Origin: the human T2T-CHM13v2.0 reference genome, Homo sapiens | DNA length: 64,000 nucleotides | Assembly: GCF_009914755.1 (NCBI RefSeq) | Contig: NC_060925.1 | Reading direction: 5' to 3' (one strand) | Part shown: in pieces, positions 30,597-44,800 of the stretch | Layout of the letters: each line of letters opens with the position of its first letter | Numbering within the stretch: the stretch's first letter is position 1 | Translations under genes and position numbers: made by a program | The notes under the pieces: generated by a model | Database searches by the model: none | Told to the model about the DNA's origin: nothing | Seen by the model: the letters and a program-made list of their open reading frames with translations, nothing else

Positions 30597-32251
30597 GGAT
30601 TGTTGTTGGATCCTGAGAGGGATGTTCTACTTTCCTTGGGTCATTAGAAGTCAAAGGGAGAATGAAAAACAGAATTTAAGGTGATTACGAGACATCCAGG
30701 AAAATATCCAGTCAGCAGAACCTAGGGAAACAAATCTAATTATGGGACATAAATAATAAGAGAAACCAAGCTAAGGAGAGGTAAGGAGGAGACAGAAAGA
30801 CAAAAGTAGGATGAGGTGACTTAATGGGCATTAAAAGGAGGGAAACCTCAAGGGTGATGGGGGGATTGTGTAATGTCAAATGCTGCAGAGAGCACCAGAA
30901 TGCAGAGAAAAGATCCCTGCCTCTAGAGGTTGGTATCCTTCAAGAATGCAGCTTCAGAAGAGTGGGCTAGGGGTGAGGAAGCAAAAGCTTTGGATGTGGC
31001 CATTCTAGTCGTCTGGTAGTAAAAGGTCAGTGATGATGTCCCCTTCCTTTCTTCCCACAGAGAGTGCTTTTAGATGGCCTCTGGGAAGGGGAAATTCAGG
31101 GGGTCAGACTTGCTCCCTCCCCATTTGAGAAGTCACTTCTTAGTCCATTCTTTTCATCAACTTGAAACTCAGGGTGAAATGTCTATCCAGTGACCTTGGA
31201 CAGGGTAGCCTTCTCTCTGTTCTGCATCTAGCTGTGGCCCTGCTTCCTCATATCAAAGTATACACTGAACCCTGAGGGAGGCTAAATGATGAAAGCTTCA
31301 AGTAAGTGTCCTAAAGCTACACGGGGTTCAGGTGTTGGCTTGAGGGTGGGATGGGGTGTGGACAAGTGAGATCAGACATTGTTATTTTGGGACTAGTTAA
31401 TGTGCTCTTTTGACCAACATGATGTGGGGCAAAGCTTCATGGTGTAGGTAAGAGGTTGGAAACTTAACTATTTTCAGTACTAGGTAGGTATCTTAAGTAA
31501 GTGAAGCAGGCAGGGCAGGCCAGGAGTGAAATGTGAAGTGCAAGCCCCATTTAGAATAGAACAGAGGCTACTCAGCACCAGCTAATTGTTGCCTCATAGG
31601 GATGTGGTCCCAGTATCCATAAGGCACAGAAGTAGGAAGGAGAGTCTAGATTATTCTAGGAGCTGAATAAAGAACAGTGTGGCTGGAATGCTGTGAAAGA
31701 AGGAGTAGAGATGTGAGTAGGGGTCTTGTAGGCCTTGTCAACACTTTGTGACCTCCTAGTGGGAATGACTGGGGGCTGGCAGAGTGGGAAGAGTATTTCT
31801 ATTCCCTTTTATTACCTTTCCAGGATAGCCAATCACAGCCATCTTACCTTATTCAAAGTAGTTTAATGGGGCTACCATTTCCTTAATTCTACAATAAAAA
31901 TATTAAAGAACAAGCTTACCTCCTGGGCAAAGAAAGTTTGTTTTTTGGTAGGAATTTTATAAGCATTGCATGTTTTCTTCCCTGCTTGCAAAATGCATGA
32001 TTCATCTTTTAGGAATGGGGCATCTGGGTCTTAATGTATTTAACTTTAGAACAATAGATTAGGTTTTTGTTGATTAAATCCATTTGTTTCCCACAAGAAA
32101 ACAAAAATGATTAGTTATATGGTGAGTACTGGGTAGTTTTCAGTTTTGTAAAGGAGATCTGTTCAAGAGTGTCCCATAACAATGATACCATTTACTGATA
32201 TGAAAAAGCATAGTAGAAGAAAAGGCTTGATAAGAGAAATCAAGAGGTTTG

Positions 32252-32559
<308 letters not shown>

Positions 32560-33278
32560 TAAAAAACTTTGATATATCTACCAGATATGCAAATGGTGAT
32601 GCCAAGTAGGCAGTTAATGAGGTAAGCCAGGAGGTCAGGACTAAAGATGTGTTTGGGAACCATTAGCTTATAAAGGCTATTAAGGCAATAGGAATGGCTG
32701 ACATCAGATAAGAAGAGTACTTAGATGGAGAAGTGAATGGGGCCCACATGTGAGCCTTAGCTTCAGTCTTTACTGGTCCTGTGGAGGAGGCAGTGGATCT
32801 GCAAAGAGCCTGAGAAGCAGCTAGGAAGGAAGGAGTAAAACTCGGGGAATGTAGTGTCACAGAAGCCAAGAGAAGAGAGTGTGGTATTTATGATAAAAAG
32901 GGAGAAGGTTGAAGAGATTGAAAGAAATATAACATCAGGAATTCTATGTTTTAGTAGCTGGTCTATAAAGACAAGTGAGCTTAGCTTTCTTATGAGTTCT
33001 TTTCTTACTCACCTCTTAGATGTCTATAGATACGCCCTTAGTTTTTGTTTTGTTTGTGATCCTCCCCAGTGCAGTCCAGATTCAGGGTAGATTCTGGTAG
33101 ATTTCTGACTAGATGGATTAGTTGTGCCTTCCATGACATATCCCCTAATTTTCTTGCTGGTTTTGGGCACCCTAGATGTTGCAAATATTTTTCTATCTGC
33201 ACTGACTTTACAGATTATTCCTTTTCCCTCTCTGAAGAACCTTGGAATTCTTCAAAGTTTCCACACACACAAAAAAAG

Positions 33279-33280
<2 letters not shown>

Positions 33281-33357
<77 letters not shown>
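33281..33357. repeat. (TA)~21 followed directly by T~34
   Basis: Seen directly. Confidence 0.97.
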
Positions 33358-33358
<1 letters not shown>

Positions 33359-34091
33359 GGTCCCCTTGAAAGGAAAGCACTCTCTTACCTGCCCAGTGAG
33401 ATTTCCTGAGCTTCAGGTCATGTTGCACGAACATGGCAGTAACCCTCTTTTTACTCTTTTCTTTGAAGTCTCCATGAACCCAGAACCTATTCCTTGGAAA
33501 CTCTTCCTTCTTCTTGATTAAGCTTCCCTATCTTGTCCTACTCCACTGACTAATACTGTAATTGATGGCTGGTATTTGAGATTAATTAACTTTGATGAGC
33601 TTTGTTTTTTTCTATTCTTTTCAGCCATTATTTCAGTTTTTCCCCATTCCAACTCTCCAACCCCTTCCCTTTGAATCCTGTGGTCTTGAGAGCTGATCTC
33701 TGTCACGTCTTGTTGTGCTGAAGGTTTGTGAGATGATTCTGTGTAATTCAGTGATAATTAATTTTTACTATTATTAATTTATACTAATTGTATCAGTAAT
33801 TATACCAACAATGCTGACTGACATTTATTGAGCTCCTTTATGTGGCTGAGAGCTATGCTAAGGACTCCAGGTGTATTGTCTTATTTCATTTTCACAAAAC
33901 CCCATTACATATTCATTTATTTATTAAAAAATTTTTTTGAACACTTGCTATATGCTAGATACTGTGTTAGGTGCTAGGGTTACGGTGATAAACAAAACAG
34001 TTATTGTCTCTGTTTCTGAAGAGCTTAGGGTATAGTGGGAGAAATAGATGTTAAAAAAGTAAAAATAAATATTTAATGATATGATAAATGA

Positions 34092-34434
<343 letters not shown>

Positions 34435-35108
34435 TAGAAGATTCATTTTAGAAAGAGTGGTCTGGGAAGGTTTCTCTTAGGAGGTGACATATTTAAAATT
34501 AAACCTAAAGAATAGGAGGACCCCAGCAGGCAGAGGAAGGGCCTGCAGGAAGATGTAAATAATTAACATAAAGAACTTTTCCTTTAATAGAGGAGCTGAA
34601 AGAAGATCAGGGAGGCTACATAGAGAGTGTCAGAAGGGTAATGCTAGCTGAGGCTGGAGGTGGGCCAGACCATCCAGGGCCATGGAAACTGGATTTCTTT
34701 CTGAGTGCATTGGGAAACCTGCAGGGTTTTAAGCAGGAAACTGAAGGATCCAATTTATATTAAAAACATTACTCTGGCCATCTTGTGGAGAGTGGGTTGG
34801 AGAGGGACAAGAACAAAAGTGAGGACAACTGTTCTGATCTTAAGGTAGGATTCAGGTTAGAGGTGGTGATGGTTGGATACAGGATGGTGGTCAAGGAGTT
34901 GGAGGAGAAGTGGAAGGTCCAAGAAATATTTCTGAGGTAGAGTCCAAAGGGCCTGGTGACAAAGACACTGGAGTCAGGGATGACTTAGATTCTTGGCTCA
35001 AACAATGGAGCTGATGTAATACCATCCTCTTCCTTTTTCAGTCTGGGAGACTAAGGCTCCAAAAGGTTAGGCAGTATGTCCCAGGAGATGTGTCTAATAA
35101 ACATTGTA

Positions 35109-35351
35109 CAAGTTGAGCATCCCAAATCCAAAAATCCAATATCCAAAATGCTCCAAAATCTGAGATTTTGAGCACTGCATCGACATCAATGAAACTCAAG
35201 GGAAATGCTTATTGGAGCATTTTGAATTTTGGATTTTTGGATTTGGATACTCAACCGCTAAATATAATGCAAATATTCCAAAATCTGAAAAAAAATTGAA
35301 ATCTGAAACATTTCTAATCCCAAGCATTTCAGACAAGGGATGCTCAACTTG
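35109..35351. mobile_element. Tigger4a/Zombi-like non-autonomous DNA transposon in the SLAMF6 3' UTR
   Basis: Perfect 15-bp terminal inverted repeats caagttgagcatccc / gggatgctcaacttg, flanked by TA on both sides. Confidence 0.88.
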
Positions 35352-35789
35352 TATCAGGATGGGCCCATCCAACTCCAGAGACTACACATGTAACCAACAC
35401 ACTGCATTATTTCTCAATAAGTCAATCCTGCTGCTTTCTAAAAGGAGAGAAGTGGTTGTCTTCTGGATCATAAACTCTCTGTCAACCATAATTCCATTTG
35501 CTTAGTTATCAAAGAGAGAGTCAATGTGCTGGTGTGTTATCTTTAGCATGTTTTGGCCTGAAGTGGATTGGAAAATATTATTTGAACCACATGCTGGAAA
35601 TGATGTTATCCTTAGGTGTTTGACTCAGGTAGGCAGGTTTAAGTCCGAAGGACTGGAGGTGATCATCCTATCCTAGATATTCAAATTCTGTTGCCAGGAA
35701 CAACAGGAACCAAGCTTCCTGTTCTTTGTTCTGTCTCATGGGATCAGAAGACGTGTCATTCCCGAATTCCTCTGAGGCCTTTCAGCAAC

Positions 35790-35837
35790 TTACACGACAT
35801 TGTCAAGGGCAGTTGCCCTGGAAAAAGTGGGTTTACT
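35790..35837 (-). CDS. SLAMF6: SLAMF6 exon 8 coding part, [15 protein letters not shown]
   Basis: Acceptor TTTTTCCCACAG|AGTAA. TAA stop at 35792-35790. Confidence 0.95.
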   Translation of the reverse strand, partial: SKPTFSRATALDNVV

Positions 35838-38800
35838 CTGTGGGAAAAAGAGGAAGATGAGGTAGGTTAATTGGAACTGGAACCTCAGCCCACCCCTCAT
35901 AACTACAGAGAGAGGACTGGAGACTACAGAGAGGCAGATAATAGAGATATTGATAGCATAGGGCAGGATTAAATTTAAAAACATGTAATTGAAAACTCAG
36001 TTATGCATGGTGATCCTAATACAAAATAACTTCTTGATTATGTTTTGGTGATGTCCTGAGACTTTCCGCATGCTGCTGCTGTTTGTGCATCTGTAAAATG
36101 ACCCTTTTATTTTTACTTTATTTGAAAAATCATAGGTCTGTGGAGAGAGGTAAGAATATAAAAACATGGAGCAATCGTGGGCTTACCTCTTTGGAATGAT
36201 TAATTGTGGAGTAAATTGTGATAGTATCATTTTCTCTAGGTGTCCAGATTTCTGTTTCCTGTAAAAAGAATCATACCAATTTGGCTTACACAGAGACAAA
36301 GAGATTAATGCATAGATATATTCTTAGGAAAGACTGTGTGACAAAAAAGAGAATATGTCAAAGTTCTTCCAGAGGAAGGCTGGGGAATGTTCAGTGGAAG
36401 ACCAAGCACGACTAGCTATCAAACTTGTGAGGATTTAGTGGCATTTCCTGAGCCCCAAACAGAACAGCAACACTGCAGCAAACCAATGGGCTCAAGAGCC
36501 AGAGAAAGGCAGCCTTGCTGTATGAAGGGAAGGAAGTATTCTTGTCCTTTGTCCAGCTCTACTTTCCTTCCTCCATTTTTAAGAAAAAACTTATATACCA
36601 GATAGTTTATTATATGTTTTGTCTCAAATTTTTACTAGCTATGACTGAAACTACCCATTTTGCCTGCTCCATCTTTTGCTATAATTCTAACTGCCTTGTC
36701 ATCATGTCATTGGGGTCTTCTCAAGCATGGGGAATTGGTAGAATAGGAACACTTGGCCTTAAGAATGGCTCTGCCTGGAATGCACATTACAGAAATAATA
36801 GCAGAAGTCCCTACGGCCCTCAAAGAACCTACTCAAAGATTTTGACACTTTAAATTAATGAAGAAGTATTTAGAGAATTATCAAGATCTCTACTGGGCAC
36901 AGTGGCTCATGCCTGTAAACCCAACACTTTGGGAGGACGAGGCAGGCGGATCACTTGAGCGCAGAAGTTTGAGACCAGCCTGGGCAACATGGTGAAACCC
37001 CGTCTCTACAAAAAGTAGAAAAATTATCCTGATGTGATGGTGCTCGCCTGTAGTCGCAGCTACTTGGGAGGCCAAGGTAAAAGGATCACCTGAGCATGAG
37101 GAGGTTGAGGCTGCAGTGAGCTGTGATTGTGCTACTGCACTCAGCCCTTGGTGACAGAGTGACACTCTGTCTCAAAAAAAAAAAAAAACCAAAAAACAAA
37201 AAACAAACCAACAAAAAACAAAAAAACCTCAAACTCTCCAAAGCACATTTTTTTTTTCTTTTTGCTAAAGAGAAAGCTAACCAATTTGTGGGAAATTAGT
37301 TTTTTGATTTGTCAGAGTGTGAGTTGACTTGTTTTCAGGAGGAATTTGCAAAGGCAAAAGAAATGTCTGAGCAAGTGAGAGTACCCCTTCTTGCTTCCTG
37401 TCATCAAGGATCATACTTTGCAAATATAGGTGAAGGGAATCCAAGATTTCTAGCTAGATCATTGCTTACATCATTTTGAAAATGCTAAGCTTTCCTGGCT
37501 TATTTTTCAGAAAACTGGCCTCTCAAAATGTATGGTATTATTTAGAGATGTGCCACCTGCAGGTCCTTTATTTAGGGGTGGTGGGGAGTTGCTGATACAT
37601 GACAGATGAGTTGCTGATGCTTGACCAGCCATCCTGTTATGCTGCTAGATGAGAGGGGAGGGGTGAACCATTGCTCATGGTTTAGTGGCCTCTACTGTGC
37701 CCCCTTCCCCTCTTGAGAGACTACTTCTGAACTCCCCTAAGACCCCTACATGCAGAGTGAGAAGTCAGCCACCTGCTATGGAACTACGTCCATAGGAAAC
37801 TTTCAAACTTAGTGGAACTCTGACCCATTCAGCAAGTATTTACTGATCATTATGCTAGGATATAGGGCAAGAGAGAGGAAGACATAATTTGTACTTTCAG
37901 TCGGCTTGTAATTAAGCTGAAGGGACAAGACTTACTGATGCATCAAGCGGTTGGAGAACTGTGTAAGGCAGGGTATGAATAAACATTCCCTTAAGGGTGA
38001 GAAAGGCAGACACCAGAGTGGTCTAGCGCATAACTTTGCAGCCCCTGTCGCTGTGGCTGTCTTCTCCTCCCCTCGGTGGTCATTTGTTCAGTCAGATGGT
38101 TATGGTGACAAGTTTGTGAACAATGGCTGTAAAACTGACAACAATGGCATATAAAGCTGAAAAGACTCACCCTGTTTGAATGAGTGACTGAAGCATACAC
38201 AGTGTTGTTCGTTGGAGACACTGAAACATACTCTAGGTTCCTTGCGGACTCTGCTGTTAACATAGGAAGGCACAGTCAATGGCACAAGGACTCTGGGACT
38301 TCTCTCCCAGGACTTCTCCCTCCCCAGAGCACACTGTGTCCCCAGATAGGCAGGTGTTTGAAGCATCTCCTTTCCTGAGGGATCATTCGTTCTTGACAGT
38401 CTTTGGAGCTCTGGGTGAACCTTCTCAGTCATGTGGTCTATTTCTGACCACATCTCTTGGGGTAGAAGGTGGTGTTGAGGTCCCCTAAAGCTTCAGAGTC
38501 TCCCTCAGGCTTCACATGTGGGTCAGGAAGCTCCTGGGACCAAATAGCCCTGCCTATGGAAGGGCTAAAGACACCTCATTGGCAAACATAATGGAGCCAG
38601 TTATTTCACATTTGGGATATTATTAAGCTTTTCAGAGGTCTCTACAGCGGATTTGATTATTTTGGAGATGAGGAACTGGAGGCTCAGAAAACTTAACTGA
38701 CTTGTGCAAAGCCATACAGACAGTGATGAAACAGCAACTCAAATGCACGTCTTCTGACTTCAAACCTTATGCCTTTTCCTCTGCAAGTGATGTCATGCAT

Positions 38801-41800
38801 CACTCATGCATGAAATGAGACCCAAAGCCAATCTGAGTCCAGAGCCTGTGTTTGTGTTTCTATATCATGTTTTCTCTTTCCACTGTGTCTATCCATTGCC
38901 CAGACCCTGGCTGAACAGTAATGATGCAGTCAGACAGTTTGGTTTTGTGCCTTGGATGCTCTAATCCTGCCTGTGCCCTGGACTTGCTGGGTGACAAGGG
39001 ATGATCCCTTTCACTGGGACTTAGTTTCTCCATCAGCAGGGTGGTGAATGAACCTGATATCACCAAGAGAAACTGTGTGAGTGACTGGTTCACATGCCTA
39101 TGCCTGTGAACCATGTAGGACCCATGATTACAGATCATCTCCCCTCACAGCATGTGGTCTGAGTAATGACATTCTGACTCCTTCCTCTGTCATTATCCAG
39201 CCCTCTGCCATCCCCCTCTCTCTTCCATTTGGCTCTTCCCATCTGCTTTATGATGGAGAGTTAAGAGTCTGAATGCTCACCGGGGCCCTGTGTTCGCTGA
39301 GTAGACAAAGATAGGGAATCTGAAAAATAAAACCAGAAAATTGAAATGTGTGACAGCAGTGGGAGAGGCATTTCACCCCTAACCCCGTGAGTGTTGGGAT
39401 GTGGTGGGAGGGGACCCAAAAGGAAGGGCAAGCAGCCCTGAGACAGGGTCCCACTTTTCCCAGTAGGACATTTCTCTCAGGATATTAGCAGGTGCAAGAT
39501 CACACCCAGGGATTATCTCAGTGGACTAGCTGAGCCAGGGTTTGCAGCCTCCCTCCCTCCTCCTGTCTTCCACAAGAGATCCTTGGGAATCAGAGGCCCC
39601 AAACTCTCAATCACTGGAACCTTGGAGAAGAGACAAGTAGGAAGAAAGGAAACCTGCCTCTTCTTTTCCTCAAAACAAGTAACAGCAGTATGATGAAACC
39701 GAAGACTATGCATATCCCAGAAACCATAAACAGAATCATTTTGGTATCTGTATATTGAATTTTAACATCTGAAAAGAGAAAAAAGAAATGACATTTGAGA
39801 CACATCAAGTGAGGCCCACTGTTCTTGGAGCCTCCGTGGAGCCTCTTCTAGGCCATCTTTGGGGACTAGGTAAGTTTGTCTATAGCCGGAGGCTCTGGGG
39901 TGGGAGTCCTATGTGGCAGGCAGGGGAGGGTGGGGCCCAGTGGAGTTAGGGAGAGAAAGCAATCCTACATTCCCAGGCCTTTGATTTTGGGTTCTGAGTA
40001 GGTTGGACGAGGGGTTGGGGAATGGAGAGGAAGGAAGGAGAGTCCTCTGGGAGTACTGAGAGATGCAGAGCTCCAGAGGGCATCTGTCCCCTCCCAGCAG
40101 CATTTTCTGCCTCCCACTGGGCCACTGTATTGGAAATTACGTAGGATGTGAGGACGCGTTAAACCCCATAGCTGCTCAAGGCTCTCAGACCTGAGGCAGG
40201 CTGTTACCTTCGCAAAGCTTCTGGGCAGAGACAGAGAAGGATAAATTACTGACAGCATTCTCTGCTATGCAGGTGTAGTCCTGTTCACTGGAAATCCTGG
40301 GGTCCCAGGAGACAGTGAGGTTTGGCTGACTTGAAAGTGTGTTTCCCAAGGCCTCCCATCTGAATGAGACATTGTCATCTGCATCCTCCACAGAGCAAGT
40401 CAGATGGAGCTCACAGGTCATATTCTGAAATAGCTGACTGTGATTGGTAACTTGTATGTTCCTCAGTTGTCCTGTTTGCAGAAAAAAAAAAGATCCAGAT
40501 TAAGGACAAATGTCTTGGCTCAACCCCCTGTGAAAAATATCCTTCACCTCAATGTTTTGTATTTCACCTTTGCTGTGTGTTATGGTCTGTAGACTCTGTA
40601 AATGACTCTGCTTATATTGCCTAATTGATGGTAGCAAGGTCTGGGATGACCAAATGATGCGGGACATCAGTATGGGGCAGGATAGTCAGCAGAAGAAGTG
40701 GGAAGGGAGAGACTGAGGTTTCCATCAACTAGCTGGGTAGTTTTGGGGTGGTTATTTTATATTTCTGGTCTCCAGTTTATCCCTGGGTTCCTTTCTAGTC
40801 CTTGCACTCTGCCCCTGTGTAAAGACAATTTGGAGACCAAGCCAAGAACTCTGAGGGCAACTCAGTGATGTGAGAAGCCAAGAGACCAGGTGGAAGAGTC
40901 CTGTTTCCTCTGCTATCAGAATTACCTAATTGGGGTGGAAGATGGAAGCATCACTTCCTTGGGGAATTTGAATCTATGGGGATCCTGGTTCCTATTGTAT
41001 CTAAAGCTGGCTCCAATAGTGAGAAAGAGACTCAGATGTAGAAGGTCAGCAAGACAGAAAGGAAAATGCTGAGAACCAAAGAAGTGGGGAAGGAAGAAGT
41101 GAATAAGGTGAGAAAGCAAGCAAGCAATTCTGGGGAGCAAAGAAGTGCGGCGTATCTAGGCATGTGAGATGACATGTGATGTAGGTATTTCTGAGAGCAA
41201 AGACCAGGAAATATTGCCTAGTAAGATGTAACTGTGAACCAATGGGAACATGGGAGCAAGACAGAAAAGGCCACTGACTTAGCCTTGGCCTGAGGTTTGA
41301 AGTAAAGATGACCCAACCAGGAAGAGAATGACTCCAATTCTCTGATTAGAAGAGACCGAGTAGTACTTTGAGCTTAGTTGAGTAGGAGTTGTGGAGTATC
41401 TGTACTGAAATATTGCCAGAACAGAGTATTCATGTATGGGAAAAGTGTTGGATTTGGAGTCAAGACCTGAATTTTGTAATTTACTGGCTACATGACCACG
41501 GACAAATTATTGCTATATCCAAGCCTCAGTTTCCTTATCTGTAAGACCAGGTAATAATACCCACTTCTCAGGTAATTTTGAGGAATAAATGAGACAGTGC
41601 CTAGTACAGGGATGGCAAATATTTGGCATGAAAATCACATCTCCCTCATCCAGTGTTGATGGCTGAACTGAAAAAAAAATCCATCTTGTTACCTTTTTCC
41701 ACTTAATGAATATGTAAGGACATTTCCACAGGTATATAAGTGTGTAAGTATATCTCAAACTTGGTATAGTCTAAAGGACTCCCGTTTTTCTCTCCCAAAC

Positions 41801-44800
41801 CTTCTCAACCTGCAGTTTTACCCATCTGACTTGTTGACAACTGCATCCTTCCTATCACTGAGGCCAAAACCTCTGGAGTTATCGCTGATTCATATCTTCA
41901 TCTCATACTCCCACATCAGGAAATCCTGGTGGCTTTACCTTCAACATATGTCCAAAATGTAACCACTTCTCACCATCTCCACTGCTATCACCCTGATCCA
42001 AGCTAGCATCAACTCTTGTTTGGACTATTGCAATGGTCTCCTAATTGGCCCATTGGCTTCTACCCTTCCCCCTTGAACTCTACTCTCAACAGATCAGCCA
42101 AAGGAATCCTTTAGACAAGTAAGTCAAATCATATTACTTGTTTGCAAAACCTTCTGATGGTTTTCAGTGTCACTGAGAGTAGATGCCAAAGTCTTTGTGA
42201 TGGCTCTCAGTCCTTTTGCGATGTGGCCCCTGTTTCCTTTCTGGCCTCATTTTCTATTACCTTCCCCTTACTCTGCTCCTGGACGTTTGGCCTCCTTGGT
42301 GTTTCTTGAGTAGTCTAGGCACAGGGGATCTTGCTATCTATGCGGATGGCGTGTCTTCCAGTTATCTGCGTGGCACACTTCCTCACTTCCAACAGGTCTT
42401 GGCTCAAATGTCATCTTTTCAATGAAGCCTGTTCTGATCACTTCTTTTAAAATTGTCCCCTGCTCCCTGGCACTCTTGATGCTTCTTATGCTGTTCTAAT
42501 CTCTCCTTTGTTCATACCATTCAGGGCTTTCTTACATGCTGTATCACTTGTTTATATGTTATGTGAATTGCTTGTTACCTTCCTCTACTTCCCTTCCAGA
42601 ATGTCTGCTCCATGAGGACAGTGATCTTTGTCTGTTTTGCTCACTGATGTATTCCAGGTGCCTATAACAGTGCCTTGGACGTTATCCATGTCTAACAAAT
42701 ATTGTTGACTCAATTAATAAACCTATCATGGCTTCAAGATTTTCTTAACACTGAACTCTAGGCAGTTGTATTAGTTTGTTTTCACGATACTATAAAGATA
42801 CTACTCAAGACTAGGTACTTTATAAATGAAAGAGGTTTAATTGACTCACAGTTCTACATGGCTGGGGAGGCCTCAGGAAACTTACAATCATGACGGAAGG
42901 GCAAGGGGAAGCAAGTCACGTCTTGCATGGCAGCAGGAGAGAGAGAGAAAGGGCAAGGAAGTGCCACGCTTAATACCATCAGCTTTCATGAGAGCTCACT
43001 ATCATGAGAACAGCATGGGGGAAACCTCCCACATGATCAAATCACCACCCACCAGGTCCCTCCCTTGACATGTAGGGATTACAATTCGAGATGAGATTTG
43101 GGTGGGGACACAGAGCCAAACCATGTTAGCAGTCACTCCCAATTAATTGGTATTGGCCCATAAAATCAAATCTTTGCCATTCATATCCTGGCACATACCA
43201 AGAGATTGATCAATGTTAAAAATCAAACCTATATAACTTATACCTTGAAATTCCTTTGCACTATTGTAAAACTACCTGGTGTAGCTTACACAGTTCTCTG
43301 TGTATGTGACTTTGAAGGAGATGGCACTCTAAAAAGCCCTGAAAGAGATCAGCATTGAGCCTCAAGAGGGTGGCTGTCACAAGATAAGTCATACCTGGTC
43401 TTCTCAACAATGTTAGAGGAACATTATCTCAGCAAATGTGATGAAGCCTGGTACCCATTTCAGGCTTTCCATTGGATGAGTCTCTCTTCTCTCCAGTGTC
43501 CTACACTGCCTTGATAATTACTGGTCACCCAGGGTGATTCTGCCTGTAGTGGGTTGAATAATGACCTCAGAAAAGATCTGTCTGCGCCCTAATTCCCAGA
43601 ATCTGAATATTACCTTATTGGAAAAAAAGGGTCTTTGCAGATGGAATTATGTTATATGACATTATCCAGTATAACCTGGATAGTCCCCAAACCCAATGAC
43701 AAATGTTCCCATAAGAGAAAAGCAAAAGGATGTTTGAGACAGACAGAAAAGAAGGAGGCAACCTGACTATGGAGGTAGAGATTGGTGTGATGCAGCCACA
43801 AGCCAAAGAAAACCAAGGAGTGTTGACAGCAACCAGAAGCCGGGAGAGGCAAAGAGCAGATTGCCCGCTACAGCCTCCAGAGGGAGCACAGCCCTGCCCA
43901 CACTGTGATTTTGGACTTCTGGCCTCCAGAACTGTGAGAGAATATGAATTTCTGTTACGCCACCTACTTTATGGTATTTCTATTTCAGCAGCCTCAGGAA
44001 AGTAATACATTGCCCCAGGGTGATTTTTCCTTTTTAGTTAGAATCGCTTGTATAGAAGTTTTCCAGACATCACCTCTTTCCCATTACATTTACCTGTTTG
44101 GTGTTCTATTCTTCAAGAACATGATTTTGACTAATCTAACACGATAAACCTACCAGATATTCAGGGGATACTAAAAGTTAACATGTAATCTGTCTGTGGA
44201 GACATTTTATTTTAACAGTGCTTTTTTGAGTACCATGTCTTAACCCAAAGGACTCTGAGTGAATTTTAGACACTACAGGCCCTCAAGTGGATAAAAATTA
44301 CAGAATTTCCGTGGCCTTTAATGTTTTCTGGTCTGATTGCCAATTTAATGCTTGAATCTCCTGCTAAGTGATTATTCTAAAGCCATTAATGGCATCTCTG
44401 AATATCACTGATTGCTAGAGAGGTATTTTTCTGATATTGACTCATAAGAAATCTCATTATAGTTTCCATAATTTTATGTTGATAACATTTTCATTCTTTT
44501 TAATCTTGGGAAGGCAGATTGTTGACTGGTGATTAATATGAGCCATCGGGGGAAAATATTGTTAAAAATTAAATAACCTTGACAGAAAGGATGTTTCTCA
44601 TTATCAGCCTATCTTTGCAGATAACTTTCTAGGTAGACCACTGTTCTGTACACTGACCACTCTACTGGGTCAGACTAGCCTTTGTGAAAAGGGAGGTGTC
44701 GTGGCAGGTAGTTATGTGGGAAGTGCTACCATTACTATCTCTGTGACTTGTAGGCAAATCACTGTGACTGAGGCTGTGCCTCAAGGGTATAAGGTCTGTA

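Noticed and set aside
33069-33521. ORFs with IYIYIY, FFFF and KKKK runs
   Set aside because: These are translations of the (TA)n/poly-T microsatellite.
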